64,000 nt of DNA from a virus (IMGVR_UViG_3300032665_000013), one strand, 5' to 3'; shown: positions 44,827 through 54,772, numbered from the stretch's first letter. A program made the numbers and translations. Notes: generated by a model from the sequence alone, not told the origin.

Positions 44827-44901
44827 TGGTACTCGGTAGTGGGATCGAACCACTGACAACTGCCGTGTAAAAGCAGCACTCTACCGCTGAGTTAACCGAG
44901 C
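44827..44901 (-). tRNA. tRNA-Val(TAC)
   Basis: Acceptor GCTCGGT/ACCGAGT (G1-U72), D-arm ACTC/GAGT, anticodon loop TTTACAC, T-arm AGTGG-TTCGATC-CCACT, CCA. Confidence 0.85.
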
Positions 44902-44918
44902 ATTTTTTCAAAATTTTA

Positions 44919-44994
44919 TGGTACGGACGGTGAGGATCGAACTCAACACCTACTGGTTGGAAGCCAGTCACGCAAACCACTACGCCACGCCCGC
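44919..44994 (-). tRNA. tRNA-Gly(TCC)
   Basis: Acceptor GCGGGCG/CGTCCGT, anticodon arm ACTGG-CTTCCAA-CCAGT, T-arm TTGAG-TTCGATC-CTCAC, CCA. Confidence 0.85.
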
Positions 44995-45064
44995 ATGTAT
45001 TTCTAAAGTATATATGTAAATTTATAGGTTGTCAAGTAATATTTTCAATATTTTATAAATAACT

Positions 45065-45829
45065 TTGTGGTTCACGAAGTCCCCACTTCCAACCACCTTA
45101 ACAGCTTTCAAGGAGCATGTCAACATGATTATTTATCTCTACGTAAAACAACATTCCATCACAGGATTAAAATATTTTGGAATGACTACTAAATTAAATC
45201 CCTTTACTTATAAAGGTTCTGGTAAATATTGGTCAAAACATATCAAAAAACATGGTAGAGATTATATTAAAACATTAGATGTTTGGGGATTTGATGACCA
45301 AAAGCTTTGTACTGAGTTTGCTTTAAAATTCTCTCGTGATAATAATATCGTCAATTCTAATCAATGGGCCAACCTTATAGAAGAGATTGGAATTTCTGGA
45401 AGAATTAGAGGGCAGTCGGGATCACCAAGAAGCGAAGAGTGCAGAATAAAAATATCAGAAAAAGCTTTAGGTAGAAAATCTTGGAACAAAGGACTAACTA
45501 AAGAAAATGATCCAAGGGTTGCTAAAATATCACAATCCTTGTCAGGTATAAAGAAAAATTCCGAACATATTGAAAAATTAAAAATTCCTAAATCGGATGA
45601 ACATAAACAAAAAATAAAAGAAATAATGAATAAAGATAAATATAAAAACTTATTAGCAGATAGAGTCAGAGGAATACCAAGAACAGAAGAACAAAAGCAT
45701 AAACAACGATTGGCTATGATAGGTAGACCCGGAGCAAACAAAGGAAAACCTATGTCTGAAGAAAGTAAAAGAAAACTCAGCGAGTCTCAAAAATTAAGAA
45801 TAGCCAAAAGGAAAGAATTATGTCCATAA
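45065..45829 (+). mobile_element. GIY-YIG homing endonuclease (Seg-like) with NUMOD3 DNA-binding repeats
   Basis: N-terminal IIYLYV...GLKYFGMT...GSGKYW. Three NUMOD3-like repeats (SPRSEECRIKISEKALGR, HIEKLKIPKSDEHKQKI, RTEEQKHKQRLAMIGRPG). Confidence 0.7.
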
Positions 45830-46161
45830 ACAATATTAATAAAAAAATAGCGGTCACTGCAACTGATTTAATGGGGACCATGGGAACAGTGTATTTTTTC
45901 TTTTTTTTAGTTATGATACCATTGGTATTCCCCACATTAATGACTCCAATAATGTATATTTCATCGTCTATAATTCAACTTGTTGTCCTTCCTCTTATCA
46001 TGGTAGGACAACAAGTTCAAGGTGAAAAGACAGAAATAAGAGCAATCCAAGATCATGAAACATTGATGGCAGAATTAGCTGAAATCAAAGAAATTCATTC
46101 AACTCTCAATCAACTTCATAAGGATAAAGCTGGATGTGGTTACGTCTCTGTCTCTTCTTGA
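45820..46161 (+). CDS. membrane protein
   Basis: Two long hydrophobic helices. Confidence 0.45.
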   Translation: MSINNINKKIAVTATDLMGTMGTVYFFFFLVMIPLVFPTLMTPIMYISSSIIQLVVLPLIMVGQQVQGEKTEIRAIQDHETLMAELAEIKEIHSTLNQLHKDKAGCGYVSVSS

Positions 46162-46718
46162 TCTTAAATATTATTTTATGTAGTAATCCAACATTCGGTC
46201 AAACTATAACTGCTGATAGGCCGGGTATTGGTGCGGATCCTGAAACTGTTCCACAATATACATTACAACCAGAGATGGGAACTGATTCTAAAGAAATTCG
46301 CCTTGGGGTATTAAAAGGATTTGAATTGGATCGAGATGACACAAGCTGGGGGGCCAAGGTATCACTAATAGATAATGATACATTTAAATCATCTCTAAAA
46401 ATATCATATGATGAAACTCTTAAAACTGTGGTAGAAATTCCTTCCAATTATACCTACAACAAATGGTTTAATTTAGGAACAGATATTTCTATCTCTAAGA
46501 CAGTTAAGATATACGCTGGCGAATTTAATTTTACTCCTACTTCTACCTTAACAATCAGTCCAACTGTATATTTTGATGGTAAACCTAGAGTAGCGGCTTT
46601 TGTAGCATGGATACCACTTAAACATCAAAATATACAATTCGATATCGGATATGACAAGAAAAAGTTTAGTATTGGAATAAGCACGGCTTTAAATTTCAAA
46701 GACATATTTAAAAAATAA
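46134..46718 (+). CDS. secreted beta-rich protein
   Basis: N-terminal signal sequence MWLRLCLFLILNIILCSNPTFG. Alternating beta pattern. Confidence 0.5.
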   Translation: MWLRLCLFLILNIILCSNPTFGQTITADRPGIGADPETVPQYTLQPEMGTDSKEIRLGVLKGFELDRDDTSWGAKVSLIDNDTFKSSLKISYDETLKTVVEIPSNYTYNKWFNLGTDISISKTVKIYAGEFNFTPTSTLTISPTVYFDGKPRVAAFVAWIPLKHQNIQFDIGYDKKKFSIGISTALNFKDIFKK

Positions 46719-46861
46719 AGGGTTTTTCCTAGCCGGAACGCACTCTACCCTTAAACGTTTTATTAACTTGGCTGCGACAACCGGAATTGCACCGATGTTT
46801 TCCTAACATAACCTACCCTAGGATTGTAGGTACGCTTATTTAGAAGCTTATATCACAAAAT

Positions 46862-47068
46862 TTATTCTTGTTTTTCGGCCATCCAATTTTCTGCAAAATT
46901 CATTGCATCTTTTCTTGAAGAAAGATTATATGCAATCATTTTATTATCGAATATGAAACTCCAAGTAAGATTTACATTATTACGCACGATATCAATATAG
47001 ATGTTATTTTTGTAAACACAAAGATCATAATCAGGATACTTCAAATCTTCTTGATTCCAGTCTATCAT
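46862..47068 (-). CDS. hypothetical protein
   Basis: 68 aa ORF. Confidence 0.4.
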   Translation of the reverse strand: MIDWNQEDLKYPDYDLCVYKNNIYIDIVRNNVNLTWSFIFDNKMIAYNLSSRKDAMNFAENWMAEKQE

Positions 47069-47116
47069 AATATTACCCTTCCATTTGTCAAAGTCTGAAA
47101 CTTATCTGACTTTGGA

Positions 47117-47470
47117 TCATATTCTTCCCAATCTTTTAGCCCAAGGACCTCTAAATGTCAAGAGAAAAGTAGTACCATTTGAATCAACTTTATGAAAATC
47201 TTCTCGTCTAGTTATAAATGGTTTCAAACTTGGTTTATGCCAAACCCATCTACCACCTAAAAAAGTTTCTGTCAATCTTCCATAAAGAACCCATGAAAAG
47301 CAATTGAATGCATGAGAATGAAACATTTCTCTCGATTTGCCTTCAAATTTCAAAAGCGCAATTGAAAAAACATTTTTCCATTCTATCAACCAATATCCTG
47401 TAACAGTGGATTCTGGACCGCCATCTTTCATAATTTTAAATAATTTCATATTCCATCCTAACAGCTTCAA
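47117..47470 (-). CDS. hypothetical protein
   Basis: 117 aa ORF. Confidence 0.45.
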   Translation of the reverse strand: MKLLGWNMKLFKIMKDGGPESTVTGYWLIEWKNVFSIALLKFEGKSREMFHSHAFNCFSWVLYGRLTETFLGGRWVWHKPSLKPFITRREDFHKVDSNGTTFLLTFRGPWAKRLGRI

Positions 47471-47717
47471 CCAACTTTCGTCTGTGGGTCTTTCGGGGAT
47501 TCTGGTTTAATGGAACTACTATAATCCCTTTTTCGTAATATAACAGGCTGCGCTGTGCTTAACCGGGACCACCCGCACACCGAATCGAACGGTTCAGACC
47601 TCTTGTTCAAAAAAGTATTTTTTAAATGCGGTAATCAGCCTAATATCACAGGATTGCTTTTGTCCGCTAAGACACCCAAAGTTATAGCGTTTTTATTTGC
47701 TGTAACAATCCTAAAAC

Positions 47718-47791
47718 TGGCGACTCTGACGGGACTCGAACCCGTCTTCACCGGTAGACAGCCGGTGGCCTTCCCTGACGGCAACAGAGCC
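47718..47791 (-). tRNA. tRNA-Asp(GTC)
   Basis: Acceptor GGCTCTG/CAGAGTC, anticodon arm ACCGG-CTGTCTA-CCGGT, T-arm ACGGG-TTCGAGT-CCCGT, CCA. Confidence 0.8.
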
Positions 47792-47796
47792 ATTAT

Positions 47797-48039
47797 TTAA
47801 TATTTAGATAGGTTTCTGATAGGAATTATCTTATCTTCTCCATCTTTATATGTCACTATTACACATGCCTCGTCGTAATATGTACAAAATTCAGAAATAA
47901 TAGCCAGTTGACATCCAAATTTATTGGTATTTACTAGCACCATTTCCCCAACTTCATAGTTCGTTTGGGCATGTCGACCGTGAGTTGGAATTGCATCGAT
48001 TAGAATTGGTTTCATAAAACTTCTCCTTACCATCTGCAA
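47797..48039 (-). CDS. hypothetical protein
   Basis: 80 aa ORF. Confidence 0.4.
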   Translation of the reverse strand: MQMVRRSFMKPILIDAIPTHGRHAQTNYEVGEMVLVNTNKFGCQLAIISEFCTYYDEACVIVTYKDGEDKIIPIRNLSKY

Positions 48040-48073
48040 TAAATCATTTTCAACACAAAGTCAACATAAAAAT

Positions 48074-48158
48074 TGGTGGGTAAGTGTGGACTCGAACCAC
48101 TCCCGGTTAAGGTCAGGTTTTACAGACCGTCTGCTAGAACCCCTAGCTTTACCTACCC
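48074..48158 (-). tRNA. class-II-length tRNA-like gene, anticodon unresolved (possible Tyr GTA)
   Basis: Acceptor GGGTAGG/CTTACCC, T-arm GTGG-TTCGAGT-CCAC, CCA, 85 nt. A CTGTAAA loop is present but its flanking stem does not pair. Confidence 0.4.
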
Positions 48159-48165
48159 ATAAATG

Positions 48166-48242
48166 TGGTGCCTCTCCGAGGTTTCGATCCCCGTTCTTCC
48201 GCTCTTCAGGCGGACGCTATGACCACATCAGCTAAAGAGGCA
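48166..48242 (-). tRNA. tRNA-Phe(GAA)
   Basis: Acceptor TGCCTCT/AGAGGCA (U1-A72), anticodon arm TCCGC-CTGAAGA-GCGGA, T-arm CGGGG-ATCGAAA-CCTCG, CCA. Confidence 0.8.
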
Positions 48243-48467
48243 CTCTATTAAACCATCCGTAGCATGAGGATTCCTACCCCGCCCAACCAATCTTAGCTAT
48301 TCAACTATGAATGCCCATCGCTACGGTGATGGGTGGCCTCTTACTCTGTGTTTCGAGTTTCGAACCTCTACACACATATAAAACTGGTCTAGGTGGTGGG
48401 TAACGCTCCCACGATCCGGTGGTTCCAAACCACCGTTTAGCCCTTGCTATCTCACCTAGATATTATA

Positions 48468-48544
48468 TGGTAGCGATGGAGAGATTCGAACTCACACTGT
48501 TCTGGTTCTAAGCCAGTTGTCTCCTGCCGTTGGACTACATCGCC
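48468..48544 (-). tRNA. tRNA with TAG anticodon (Leu-decoding) but short class-I variable arm
   Basis: Acceptor GGCGATG/CATCGCT, anticodon stem CTGG/CCAG with loop CTTAGAA, T-arm GTGAG-TTCGAAT-CTCTC, discriminator A, CCA. Confidence 0.5.
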
Positions 48545-48545
48545 A

Positions 48546-48998
48546 CTATCTTTTTTGTGAATGGCAATTTGGACATAAAAATTGTAAATTTTCAGGTGAG
48601 TCATCCCAATGTTTTTCATTGATATGATCAATTTCTAAAATCAATTTTTTATTATTCCAAAAAGATTCAATTTTACATTCATTACATATTTCTGGTATCC
48701 CTAAAGCAATTAATCCATTTCTTAAATGGGATGCTTTTTGTCTTCCAGAATTTATATCTCTTGTAACTAAGCGTTCGATAGGATTTCTCTTATTTAGAGA
48801 GACTTTTCCTTTATTCCAAGCTTGACCAGTCATATGAGACAAATCAATTTGAAATTTCGAACACACACGCTTTAAATGACTTATGTTGCCTCCGACAGAC
48901 CTCTTGTCACATTTCCTCAAAACTTCAGATAAAGACATCGAATCTGCTACTATTAAAGCTAATTCATCTTTTTTATAATTATTATATTTTTTATTCAT
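48546..48998 (-). mobile_element. HNH homing endonuclease
   Basis: C-terminal HINEKHWDDSPENLQFLCPNCHSQK. Immediately abuts a tRNA. Confidence 0.7.
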
Positions 48999-49380
48999 TG
49001 ATTACTCCATTAGTAGAGTAACTATTTATATAATATTGTATATTTACTAATCTAAAATGATTGATGTTTTCTTGCTACGCCCTTCTAGCTTAGAAAAAGT
49101 TTATCAGGCTAACATCAATCATTTTAAATCTGGTTCCAATATATAGTCACCAGCAACCTTTAAAACACACTTTAAAACACAAAAATAATTACAATATCCA
49201 ATAAATTAATAAAAATATTAAGTTAGGGCATAATAACTTCTCCTATTTATAAAAGAATTCGTATTAAGATTTAGCTAGAATATATTATATTGCATTTATT
49301 GTCAAGAGAAAATTTCAGTGTACAGAAACTTTCAAACTCTATCTCGGAGCGACCGAACATTCTCCCCCTAGGGAGCTTAC

Positions 49381-49456
49381 TGGTGGACCATCTCGGGTTC
49401 GAACCGAGGACATACGGATTAAAAGTCCGCCACTCTACCTACTGAGTTAATGGTCC
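49381..49456 (-). tRNA. tRNA-Lys(TTT)
   Basis: Acceptor GGACCAT/ATGGTCC perfect, D-arm ACTC/GAGT, anticodon arm GCGGA-CTTTTAA-TCCGT, T-arm CTCGG-TTCGAAC-CCGAG, CCA. Confidence 0.9.
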
Positions 49457-49487
49457 AATTAACTGTTCAAACGGCTGTAGACAAAAC

Positions 49488-49736
49488 TTAATTTGTCTTA
49501 ACTTGTCTTAAATATTCCAACACTTCTTCTTCAGTATCATATACTTTGATATGTGTCAAAGGATTTCTTAGTGCTACATGAATTTTAGACCCAAATTTAC
49601 GGATTATTCCATATCCTTCAAATCTTCCTTCACCAGCTTGTCTATTATTCCAACGAGTCCTATACCTATAGGGAAAAGGTTCGCTATTATAGTCTACATT
49701 CAATATTTCTGCACATTTTTGATAAAAACTTTTCAT
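49488..49736 (-). CDS. hypothetical protein
   Basis: 82 aa ORF. Confidence 0.4.
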   Translation of the reverse strand: MKSFYQKCAEILNVDYNSEPFPYRYRTRWNNRQAGEGRFEGYGIIRKFGSKIHVALRNPLTHIKVYDTEEEVLEYLRQVKTN

Positions 49737-49767
49737 ACCAATTATATAGTATAGTTTTTATATTATG

Positions 49768-49971
49768 TCAAGATAAAAGTTCAATTTCATCTTCATTACA
49801 AGGACATGTAACATGATCAAAAAAAACGTTTTTATCATCAAATAGTACATCATATGGCCAACGAGTTGTGTTAACTATACCTACAATAGTCCCAGCTCTT
49901 GTTGTTGCTCCTTCGAAATTGTAGGAACATTTTTTGGTGGCTATGATTTTATCTCCTACTTTAAATTTCAC
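49768..49971 (-). CDS. hypothetical protein
   Basis: 67 aa ORF. Confidence 0.4.
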   Translation of the reverse strand: MKFKVGDKIIATKKCSYNFEGATTRAGTIVGIVNTTRWPYDVLFDDKNVFFDHVTCPCNEDEIELLS

Positions 49972-49973
49972 GA

Positions 49974-50678
49974 TTACGCTGCCTTTTTGAAGAGGAAAAA
50001 GCTTTCGTGCTGTGGATAATTATCCACAAATTTACGAGCATAATATGAAATATGGTTATTGCTAATCTTGAAATCTGGGATATCCCAACGAATTCGTTCA
50101 ACAATGGTCTTAGGTGAAATAGTTGTGTGACCACGATTCATCGCACGAAATGCATACGACTTAAAGAGAGTATACACATATGGATTCTCAGTGTCAAACT
50201 TTGTAAAGCTTTCAACCAAAGAATTATCTTTAGTGGCATTCGCTGGCTCTTGTGCTGTAGGTGTTTCTACAGGTGACGATACAGCTTCAACCAATACAAG
50301 ATCATTCTCATCAAAAGCTCCACGCCCCTTAAAGGAGTCAACACAAGTATAGGCATACTTATCGCCTGCCCATACCTTGTATACTGTCATATTCTTCCAA
50401 ATGGGATACTTAATAGAACTGACCTTATCACCAACCTGAAACTTAGTTGGGGTTACCTTTGGTTCTTCGATTTTCTGAGGAACGAGAAAGATTTCATCTA
50501 GTGCAAACAGAGTTGCACTATAACTTGAATGAGTTCCTACCAACTTTGCTCGAATTGGATATGGTCGGCCATTTAGAACTTCCATAACTTCCAAATCTTT
50601 GTCAGCCAAATCAGAAAATGGATATTTACCATTTTGCTTCGTCTGACGCACAATATCACCAATCTTATAATAAACCAT
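49974..50678 (-). CDS. hypothetical protein
   Basis: 234 aa ORF. Confidence 0.5.
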   Translation of the reverse strand: MVYYKIGDIVRQTKQNGKYPFSDLADKDLEVMEVLNGRPYPIRAKLVGTHSSYSATLFALDEIFLVPQKIEEPKVTPTKFQVGDKVSSIKYPIWKNMTVYKVWAGDKYAYTCVDSFKGRGAFDENDLVLVEAVSSPVETPTAQEPANATKDNSLVESFTKFDTENPYVYTLFKSYAFRAMNRGHTTISPKTIVERIRWDIPDFKISNNHISYYARKFVDNYPQHESFFLFKKAA

Positions 50679-50744
50679 AATATATTCTCCGTTTCAATAT
50701 GAGGGCATTATACCCTGTTTAATAACTCTTGTCAACTCTTTTTT

Positions 50745-50816
50745 TGGTGGCTGGTAGTGGATTCGAACCACTCTGAGAGGCTTATGAAACCTCTTTAATC
50801 ACCAGATCGACCAGCC
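50745..50816 (-). tRNA. tRNA with CAT anticodon (Met or lysidine-Ile)
   Basis: Acceptor GGCTGGT/ACCAGCC, anticodon arm GAGGT-TTCATAA-GCCTC, T-arm AGTGG-TTCGAAT-CCACT, CCA. Short D-arm. Confidence 0.75.
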
Positions 50817-51037
50817 ATTGTGTTTTTAATCTTAGATTGTTCTATAACCAAATCAAGTTTATTTCGAAGGTTAATTGCATCAATTATTACCTGAAAATCC
50901 CCTCCTGCTATAGGTTTATTATTTTCAATTATATCATATGCATCTTTTTGATAATCCATAAGAGATATCTGTAGTTGTGTCATAAGTTTAGTAATAACTC
51001 GACCATCAACCCATGTTACGGTATTAGTCCTTTTCAT
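50795..51037 (-). CDS. hypothetical protein
   Basis: 80 aa ORF. Its 3' end overlaps the tRNA. Confidence 0.35.
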   Translation of the reverse strand: MKRTNTVTWVDGRVITKLMTQLQISLMDYQKDAYDIIENNKPIAGGDFQVIIDAINLRNKLDLVIEQSKIKNTMAGRSGD

Positions 51038-51044
51038 AATATAA

Positions 51045-51094
51045 AACCTTTAATGGTGCCGATGGTTAGATTCGAAACACATATATAGTTGCGG
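51045..51094 (-). pseudogene. tRNA 3'-half-like remnant (T-loop plus acceptor 3' strand plus CCA, no 5' half)
   Basis: TTCGAATCTAACC-ATCGGCA-CCA on the minus strand with no complementary 5' strand upstream. Confidence 0.3.
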
Positions 51095-51165
51095 TGCCCC
51101 CAGAAGGAATCGAACCCTCGTGTCCAACTTACAAGATTGGCAGTCTACCATTGACTTATAGGGGC
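51095..51165 (-). tRNA. tRNA-Thr(TGT), CCA not encoded
   Basis: Acceptor GCCCCTA/TGGGGGC, D-arm AGTC/GACT, anticodon arm CCAAT-CTTGTAA-GTTGG, T-arm GAGGG-TTCGATT-CCTTC. Confidence 0.8.
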
Positions 51166-51206
51166 ATTATGACTATAATGAGATATAAATTATATTAGGA
51201 GTATAT

Positions 51207-51866
51207 ATGTATACAAATAAATGCATAACATGTCAAGAAAATTTTACCGTAAATAGAGACTCTAGGAAAAGAAAGTATTGCAATTCATGCAAAGAAAAAC
51301 AACCCAAACCCTCTACTTCTAAGACCTGTAAAAATTGTCAGAAAAATTTTGCAACCCCGACATATCATCAAAGGGTAAAAATATTCTGCTCGCATTCTTG
51401 TTCTGCTGAATTTAATAATAAATTAAGATCAAAGAATATGGTACAAAAATTAAAGACAAATATTGTTAAGAAAAACATTGAGCCACAATTTTGTATTTTA
51501 TGTAATACTAAAGTAAAGTTTAAAAAATCGAAATATTGTTCTAAAAATTGTGAACTGACACATAAAAAGAAAATAAAACTAGACAAATTTGAAAAAGGTG
51601 AATTATCTTCCAAATTGGCTAAAGATATTCTCTTAGAGAATCACGGTAACATATGCTTGAATACAACTTGCGCATGGGATTTCACAAAGAAATTTGTCAG
51701 TGTTGAACTTGAACATATAGATGGTAACTCAGAAAATAATTTACCAGAAAATTTGACCTTACTATGCCCAAACTGCCATTCTTTAACGTCAACTTATAAA
51801 GCTAAAAATAAAGGAAATGGTAGATCTGTCAGAATGGAAAGATATTATTCTGGTAAAAGTTATTGA
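51207..51866 (+). mobile_element. HNH homing endonuclease with N-terminal Cys-rich zinc-finger region
   Basis: Multiple CxxC pairs, then HIDGNSENNLPENLTLLCPNCH. Confidence 0.7.
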
Positions 51867-51871
51867 AAGGT

Positions 51872-51958
51872 TGGTACGGGCGACAGGACTCGAACCTGCA
51901 TGAGTAAAACTCGGGAAATTTTAAGTCTCCGGTGTCTACCAAATTCCACCACGCCCGC
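51872..51958 (-). tRNA. tRNA-Leu(TAA)
   Basis: Acceptor GCGGGCG/CGCCCGT, anticodon arm GGAGA-CTTAAAA-TTTCC, long variable arm, T-arm GCAGG-TTCGAGT-CCTGT, CCA. 87 nt. Confidence 0.85.
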
Positions 51959-52151
51959 AAAATAATGTTTAATTAAAAGGATGAAAAAATGTTTTTTCTT
52001 TCCCGCAATGAGAACATTTATAATCCATAAACGTTCCATGGTTATTTGAATTATCTTCAATATTTTCTGATACAGTTGTATTATTATACAACCAATCATG
52101 AAAACCCAATTTACATAGAATATTCTTAATCATAATATAAAACCTTTTAAC

Positions 52152-52236
52152 TGGTGCCCTGAGTGAGACTTGAACTCACATTCCCGAAGGATCCAAATTT
52201 TGAATCTGGTGCGTCTACCAATTCCACCATCAGGGC
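52152..52236 (-). tRNA. tRNA-Leu(CAA)
   Basis: Acceptor GCCCTGA/TCAGGGC, anticodon arm CCAGA-TTCAAAA-TTTGG, variable hairpin TCC-TTCG-GGA, T-arm GTGAG-TTCAAGT-CTCAC, CCA. Confidence 0.85.
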
Positions 52237-52370
52237 ATTCAACTTATATAGGACAGTTTTTATAATGTGTCAATCATTATTTTATATAAGTGGTTAATCC
52301 ACATATAAAAATCCCTATCAAATACCGTGGTAGATATATCTGATAGGGATTTAAAAGTCAATACTAATTT

Positions 52371-53588
52371 TTAGTGATTGATGCGAATAATTCCATCATG
52401 ATCTACTTTATTTGCAAAATGTCCTGCGGCTTCGTTTTTAACGCCTTTTAAGCGTAAACCAGATACAACACCATGTCCAGCTTTACCGAGCGTTCTACCA
52501 GCTTGTGCGTGACGATCAAAGGTATTATCATCATGATCCCCGTTTACGATAGGGTATCTACGGCCAGATTTCACATCTTCAACATGAGTAGGATTTGGAA
52601 CATCCTTACCCCTGTGATAAACCATAGCCACTGTATGTCCACCTTCCAATTTCTTAACTGATTCATGATCGTTTGATTCAGCATGTCCTGTCCCTGTATG
52701 CGAAAGTGTAAGATGATAATTTTCAGGCGTTTTAGGATGGCCGACACGGTTAGGAATTTTTGTGTAATCATAAAATTGGGCACCCGGATGACGCTTAAAA
52801 AGTTGCGGAGCATGATGTTCCCATGAAATATCCGAAGTAACATTCATACGAACTCCCGGTTTATATCCCTTCTTTGTTGCTGCCTTAACGTGATTACCAA
52901 TTTCATGATCAATTAATCGTCCAGCATGTTCAGGATGCATTGCCAAATAATGTGTTCTCAAAACTTTGGCCGATAATGCTGCGTCTGGATATTGTTTATT
53001 TCCACCAGCTTCTGTACCCAAGCAATTTGCACGGCATTCTTTAGAAGCACGAGGGCAAACATCAAACTTATGAAGACCATTAGTTGCGTGTGGTGCTAAA
53101 GAAAGTCCTTTTGTATGAACCATCTCACCTGTGGATTTCTTAGTCTTACCATTTTCACCTAGCATAGATGGACCAGTTTTATATCCACGACTTTGGGCAA
53201 AAGAATTCCAATGAGCCTTTGATTCTTTAAGTTTTGCACTAGATTGTGAAGGAGATTCGTGTTCCATCGATTCAAACGTATGACGAAGTTTTTGCCCCAT
53301 TGTCTTATGTACATTTGCCCCATCAGGAAGCTCAGAATTGCCCTGTTGAATAAGGGCACGAGTCTTAGGTAAATTCATAGACTTATGAGCAAACTTTTCA
53401 ACATCGACATCTTCAAAAATGCTGCCAAACATTTTATCATCCACGCCTTCATGCATAGATCCTGTGTGCATAGATGGATCGGAAGGACTACTTACATGGA
53501 ATAAAAAGTCATGAAGACACTTATTGGTGATTAATGGATGTTCGCTGACAGCCATTGCTTCAGCCAAAAATGAGGTAAAAGTTTTCAT
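52371..53588 (-). CDS. His/Gly/Lys-rich hypothetical protein, 405 aa
   Basis: Long ORF with locally higher GC. Cys cluster CPRASKECRANC. No recognised domain. Confidence 0.5.
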   Translation of the reverse strand: MKTFTSFLAEAMAVSEHPLITNKCLHDFLFHVSSPSDPSMHTGSMHEGVDDKMFGSIFEDVDVEKFAHKSMNLPKTRALIQQGNSELPDGANVHKTMGQKLRHTFESMEHESPSQSSAKLKESKAHWNSFAQSRGYKTGPSMLGENGKTKKSTGEMVHTKGLSLAPHATNGLHKFDVCPRASKECRANCLGTEAGGNKQYPDAALSAKVLRTHYLAMHPEHAGRLIDHEIGNHVKAATKKGYKPGVRMNVTSDISWEHHAPQLFKRHPGAQFYDYTKIPNRVGHPKTPENYHLTLSHTGTGHAESNDHESVKKLEGGHTVAMVYHRGKDVPNPTHVEDVKSGRRYPIVNGDHDDNTFDRHAQAGRTLGKAGHGVVSGLRLKGVKNEAAGHFANKVDHDGIIRINH

Positions 53589-53781
53589 AGTTTAAAATAT
53601 CCCTGTTGATGTTGTACTTATTCTATTTAGGGTTTATGGTGCTTCCAAACGGTCCCGATCCGTAAACCTATTTCTAGGTTCCCTTTGTTTAGCAAACAAG
53701 GACAGCCACCCGACTGCTCTACCTTCCATTGACTTATATATCGGTCATTAAATGCCTTTATGCCTCATATAGCAGTCATTA

Positions 53782-53871
53782 TGGCGGAACCGGTGGGATT
53801 CGAACCCACGGACCCCGTAAAGGGTCGCCACCTTTCCAAGATGGTGCCTTAGACCGCTCGGCCACAGTTCC
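53782..53871 (-). tRNA. tRNA-Ser(GGA)
   Basis: Acceptor GGAACTG/CGGTTCC, D-arm GCCGAGCGGTCTAAGGC, anticodon arm CCATC-TTGGAAA-GGTGG, variable hairpin, T-arm GTGGG-TTCGAAT-CCCAC, CCA. Confidence 0.85.
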
Positions 53872-53936
53872 AGTTATAACTTAAAATATTTACCGCACTT
53901 TAATCTGTAACTAATAGTTTGATTACTTACACTATT

Positions 53937-53989
53937 CTCCGAGAATTACTAATAGATTTACGTTATCTACTATTTAGTAATTCTCGGAG
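53937..53989. repeat. perfect 16-bp inverted repeat between the two tRNA-Ser genes
   Basis: ctccgagaattactaa...ttagtaattctcggag with a 21-nt spacer. ACTAATAG direct repeats upstream. Confidence 0.6.
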
Positions 53990-53996
53990 TTCTATG

Positions 53997-54083
53997 AGGA
54001 AGGCGGGTGGTGTCGATCCCCACACCCGTTAAGGTGCCACTAGTTTTCAAGACTAGGCTGTAGGCCGCTACAGTTCACCTTCC
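53997..54083 (-). tRNA. tRNA-Ser(TGA)-like with extended 13-nt T-loop, CCA not encoded
   Basis: Acceptor GGAAGGT/GCCTTCC, anticodon arm CTAGT-CTTGAAA-ACTAG perfect, T-stem GGGTG/CACCC enclosing a 13-nt loop. Confidence 0.5.
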
Positions 54084-54151
54084 ATATTCATTATATATGT
54101 ATAATAGGCTTAACCCATGTTAATTTAATCCGCTTGATTGGAACCATTATT

Positions 54152-54772
54152 TTACATAGTTGGGCCATTACCATTTTTAAACCCAATTTCTCCGCCTTGA
54201 TCAATAATGGCCTGACATACATCATCAAACAGCATAGGTTTGAATTCCGTATGCTCGGCAGATACACAAAAATATCTTGGATCTATTCCTTCTTTATAAA
54301 AGGTCTGATATCCAAAACTTCCACCGGGACCATCTAGTTCTTTGTATGGAACTTTCGTCATAACCCTGTTAGAATGAAGATGACCATGTATATTACATCC
54401 GAACCTTCCAAGAGACTCAGCATGAATTGGGATATGAGATAGAATCAACCCATTCATTACATGGTAACCACGAATATCATAAAAATACGGAGTATAATCA
54501 GTCAATTTAAAAATATCATGATTGCCCTTGATCAAAACCTTCTTTCCATTCAGTTTACCAAATGTAGACAGATGTTTACGACCAATAACCGCATCTCCTA
54601 GTACATAAACTTTATCGTTATCTTGAACTGTATCATTCCACAGTTCAATCATAGCAATATCCATCTCTTCCGCCGAATTCCAAGGCCGAATGGGGTTACC
54701 ATTTTTATCTGTAAAAACACACATATTGTTATGTCCAAAATGTGTATCAGCGATTAGAAATGTTCTACTCAT
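54152..54772 (-). CDS. calcineurin-like metallophosphoesterase
   Basis: ADTHFGH, GDAVIGR, GNHD motifs. Confidence 0.65.
   Translation of the reverse strand: MSRTFLIADTHFGHNNMCVFTDKNGNPIRPWNSAEEMDIAMIELWNDTVQDNDKVYVLGDAVIGRKHLSTFGKLNGKKVLIKGNHDIFKLTDYTPYFYDIRGYHVMNGLILSHIPIHAESLGRFGCNIHGHLHSNRVMTKVPYKELDGPGGSFGYQTFYKEGIDPRYFCVSAEHTEFKPMLFDDVCQAIIDQGGEIGFKNGNGPTM

Noticed and set aside
44311-44980. Three small ORFs (44311..44520 +, 44636..44824 +, 44792..44980 -)
   Set aside because: They overlap tRNA-Pro, tRNA-Val, tRNA-Gly and tRNA-like sequence. Products such as PDILYLVLGGSDD have no protein-like features.
47555-47800. 81-aa plus-strand ORF
   Set aside because: Overlaps tRNA-Asp and an orphan T-arm region. 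No SD.
53590-53780. Additional tRNA upstream of tRNA-Ser(GGA), suggested by TGGTGCTTCC and several hairpins
   Set aside because: No complementary acceptor 5' strand and no TTCRA T-loop. Only small palindromes (ttgttt-agc-aaacaa, acgg-tcccgat-ccgt) are present. It is more likely the promoter/UTR region of gene 52371..53588.
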